From Pocillopora damicornis (Eukaryota): a DNA stretch of 64,000 bases. Under the pieces are notes generated by a model. That model had not been told where the DNA came from and ran no database searches. It saw only the letters and a list, made by a program, of their open reading frames with translations. The DNA lies in NCBI RefSeq assembly GCF_003704095.1, contig NW_020845863.1, positions 372,001 through 436,000 on the forward strand. The letters are read 5' to 3'. The position numbers were made by a program, and so were the translations under genes. This document shows positions 60,573 to 64,000 of the stretch, piece by piece. How positions within the stretch are numbered: the stretch's first letter is position 1; each line of letters opens with the position of its first letter.

Positions 60573-63500
60573 ATGGCGGTAAGGAAGTCTCGTTTTAAGA
60601 GGTAGGTACTTTTCGTATTACATTGGTTTTCCCTGAAACCAGAAAATGAAAGTGCTTCATTCCATGAAAACTTTTTCATTATTCTGTCTGAAGAGCATAA
60701 AAGAGGCCAGCAGTTCGACTAGGCAATTTCTTTGATCAAGTGATGTTACCATGACCTGTTGTCAACAAGAAACTGTATTTGCTTCGTTCTTCAAATTCGC
60801 TCAGGGATTCTTGCATTGACTGTTACAGCTCATCACAATGAGAACATGTCCATCTGTTTGTAGAAGGTGGTGGTTCAATGAGTGATGACATGCGTAGGTG
60901 ATCAGCATGGAAACGCGGCGCAAATATAAAAACTTACAAACCTTCAGCGGACTTCTCACCGGGATTAAGAAACTTTTCTTCTTTTCAGAGGAGACTGAAA
61001 ATAATTTAAATCTGAAGTACTACCCAGCAGCTTAATGCAACACAATTGTCTTTAAACTAGTTTTATGCAAATTCTTCGGTGTTATTCGGACAAAGCAGAC
61101 TGTGTAAACCCTGCAGAACTAGACGGTTTCGAGATCTTCATATGGTTTGTTACTGAATGGCTGTTAGTGTACGTAGCCAGTTCCAGACAGTTGACCGTTC
61201 TAAATAGCTCGGCACAAGCTTTTGCTAGAATCTTCATTAAACTTTGATAAGTTCAGTTTGTAATCAAATGATTTACGAATAGCATTAATTACGTATATCA
61301 CGCTATCAGAACTTTTGGATAATAAAGAATAGGCGATTAAATTATCTGTGACTCAAAATTTAACATTAAACTCTTTTTTTCCAGGCATCATTAGTTCTTT
61401 CGCTACTTTGAACAAATGAACACAAATTTCGGACGTTAAGATCGAACTTTTCCAATTTAAAAAGGCCGACACCAATTGAGTGACTTGAAGGAATTCTTTG
61501 AGTCTATGGGACCGAAAGTACTCTTCGGCGACGAACGCAACCTGCGCTCACAATTACCACATTCACCGGCATTTGAAACAGAAGTCAAACACCTGACGAG
61601 ATGGGCATGTTAAAGAAATTTCAGACTGAAATCGTTTCTGAGTTTTTTTTAAAATCGAAAAAGCTATAGAAGTGGGGTAATGTTTTTATTCGTAATCAAA
61701 ATCAAGAGTGCATATATTACTATTTTACAAAAGAGAAATTGTTTATCTTTTGTAAAATATTCCGATGCGAATCGCGCTTAAATAGGTAACCTGCAGGGAG
61801 GTTTTGTAGGCGCGCGCGCAACTGCCGGCTCGCCTCGAGCTATGATCGAGTGGATAACACTTATCAATATTAGAGTCACGCATGTTTGTTTGTACTTAGT
61901 TTTCTTATTTTAGTTCCACAATAAGAATTTATTTAGAGGCTACAAAATTGTGTTTCCAATGTTCCATGCACTTAAGAAAGATTCGAGATCGTAAATGTTT
62001 TTGCCCATTTTTCATTAATTCATAGCCGAACGTTATGTTCTAAAATGTTATGAAGTATTTAGTTAGTTCATTTCGCAGAACTTCCCACTTGCGTTACTGA
62101 GAATTCCGCATACGCTGGTTCAATAATCTTGGACCGTATACTTTCACTTGATCCAGGCTTTATTGCCGACAATTCAGCATTACACGTTCCGTTTTACGAT
62201 CTATCTATTCTATTACAGTCTAATCGTAGGGTTACAGAAATTGCTACATTTATTAGCTAAAGAAATCCACACCCAGATACGTAATTCCTTCCGGGATTCA
62301 AGACTTGCTCACGTTCTACAATGATTCGTGGGCACTAATTTCCTATCAAACATGGCTTAACTTGTCAATCATGCTGCTATGTTCCTGCGCGCTTAACGCC
62401 CTGGAAATACCTAATTAGATACATCACTGTTCGCAGAACTAATTTGATTATCCTACGTCGCTTCCTATTACATGCGACTTAAATTGTAACGTTAACACTG
62501 TGCTTTAACGGTAACGAAATTATAACTTACTTGATACACAATCAAATTTATAATAAATCAATGAAATGCATTTTTAGCGTAGAAATGTTTTACGACAATT
62601 CAGTATGAGTCAGTATTTAGTGACAATCAAAGTTAGATTAAATAGGTAAGTTTCGAAAGAAACTGTGGTGCGTCGGTGGGAGAGTATAGCAGGTAGTTTA
62701 GTGTTAACAACTGGGTTGAAAACCGCAAAGGGTAGAAAAGCTGACGTTTCGAGCGTTAGCCCTTCGTCAGAGCGATTAACCAGAGTTAAGTCACACGACC
62801 AGAGTTCACGCCAGAGGGAAGTAAGATTGAAGGATGTAAGTAGCATTGTTTATCAGAAAACCAAGAGACTAAAGTAGACTACAAAAGACTGCTCGAGAGT
62901 CCTTGGTGCCTATCGCAATAGTGTGGTGCGGTATGCAGCTAGTTTCCCCTATCATAGTGACGTACCTAGCAAAGGACTTGCAAACAATAAGTCAATTAGA
63001 AGTCAACATGCTGACGCCACTTTTGTCAATTGCTTTCTTGTTGTTATTTACTTTGTTTATCTTTAGCGTTTATACATATTTTTTCTCTCTGCGCCTTTTA
63101 GTTAAACCTTATGCACGCTTCACATTTCATTCACAAATTTCGAACCTATCTGGCTTGGTCTCCCTTAGTTGAGAAAAATTTCCGTAGACTTCCACTGCAG
63201 TTGGTGAATACGATACTATTTACACTGGCCGATTTTCTTGCTTTCTTTAAAATAGGTTTCAAACAAGGGAAATGTCGTTGAAACGCTAGAGATGAAGTTT
63301 TGGAAGCGTAGAAGAAGAAGGAAGATTTTTTCCTTCAGGTGGCCATTTTGGCGTCGAGTTATCGTAGCTGGTTCGCTGCTGTCGTTTTTTGCTGTATTTG
63401 GAATTTATCTGGCAAACCATGCATCTCTACAACACTCTATAGTGGAACAGCCTACACAACGAAAATCGCCCTCGGCCAGGAGAAACTTAATAATAATAGC

Positions 63501-64000
63501 CCACGGCCGTTCGGGTTCTTCAATCACCGGAGACATTTTTAATCACCACCCAGATGTGTTTTACATGTACGAACCGCTGCAAACTGTGGAAAGAACCCAG
63601 GGAAAATTTCACTTAAATTATGACAGCCTTGTGCAGAAATTCATAACTGGTGTATTACAATGTAAATTCACAGATCAAGTCTTCTTGAAGGACATTGAAA
63701 CGTACTACCGCAAACCTCTTCATCCTCGGATTAGTCACGCTATTGCCTCGCCACCTCTTTGTCCTTACAACATATCCGACCCGAGATGGGATCCACGACT
63801 TTGTGCCAAAATGACAAGCGAAGCACTTGAAAATGCATGCAAAAATAGCTATACGCTCACTGTGATTAAGGTTCTTTTAAGCCGCATGCCGCGCAAAGGC
63901 GGAATAAGAAAGGCTCTAGCTGTTTGCGATTCACCAGACATTGACTGTAAAACAGTGCTGTTAGTAAGAGACCCTCGTGCCGTGATACCTTCTTCACTGA
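60573..64000 (+). CDS. Carbohydrate sulfotransferase (CHST1/3-like Gal/GlcNAc 6-O-sulfotransferase family), truncated by the window end
   Basis: 5'-PSB motif IIAHGRSGSSITGDIFNHHPDVFYMYEPL and 3'-PB motif LLVRDPRAV; TM VIVAGSLLSFFAVFGIYL. Probable exon 1 at 60573-60601 spliced to 63339; an alternative in-frame ATG lies at 63292. Confidence 0.85.
62137..62585 (+). repeat. Dispersed ~450-bp repeat, copy 2
   Basis: Matches 1452-1915. Confidence 0.85.
62740..62773 (-). ncRNA. Minimal type I hammerhead ribozyme motif within a Penelope pLTR-like repeat (~62645-62780)
   Basis: Reverse complement gct-CTGACGA-a-gggc-taac-gctc-GAAAC-GTC-agc: intact core, stem II gggc/gctc, stem I gct/agc, palindromic ACGT in place of stem III. 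Confidence 0.7.

Noticed and set aside
31517-64000. GT10 and CHST as a glycan-biosynthesis gene cluster
   Set aside because: They are 30 kb apart and separated by housekeeping genes; both are multi-gene families, so proximity is weak evidence.

Overview
Eukaryotic, AT-rich, intron-containing genomic DNA with five N-gaps. Gene content and repeat types suggest an anthozoan, probably a stony coral (inference). Genes, left to right: (1) exon 1 of a secreted DsbA/thioredoxin-fold CPDC protein (-); (2) an intronless type II membrane copper amine oxidase (+); (3) an 8-exon multipass membrane gene, split into fragments by the ORF track, which I reconstruct as a likely animal homologue of fungal ICE2 (-); (4) a GT10 alpha-1,3-fucosyltransferase-like gene with an altered donor-binding motif (+); (5) a 29-exon NAA25 hosting three paralogous box C/D snoRNAs (+); (6) TIMM10 (-); (7) an orphan 195-aa ORF (-); (8) a CHST-type sulfotransferase running off the window end (+). 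The region ~13.5-30.5 kb is a mosaic of transposon relics (Harbinger, ISL2EU-like, Penelope-like, tRNA-SINEs) and local direct and inverted duplications. Penelope-type minimal hammerhead ribozyme motifs lie at ~31.1 kb and ~62.75 kb. All homology calls come from recalled motifs, not database searches.
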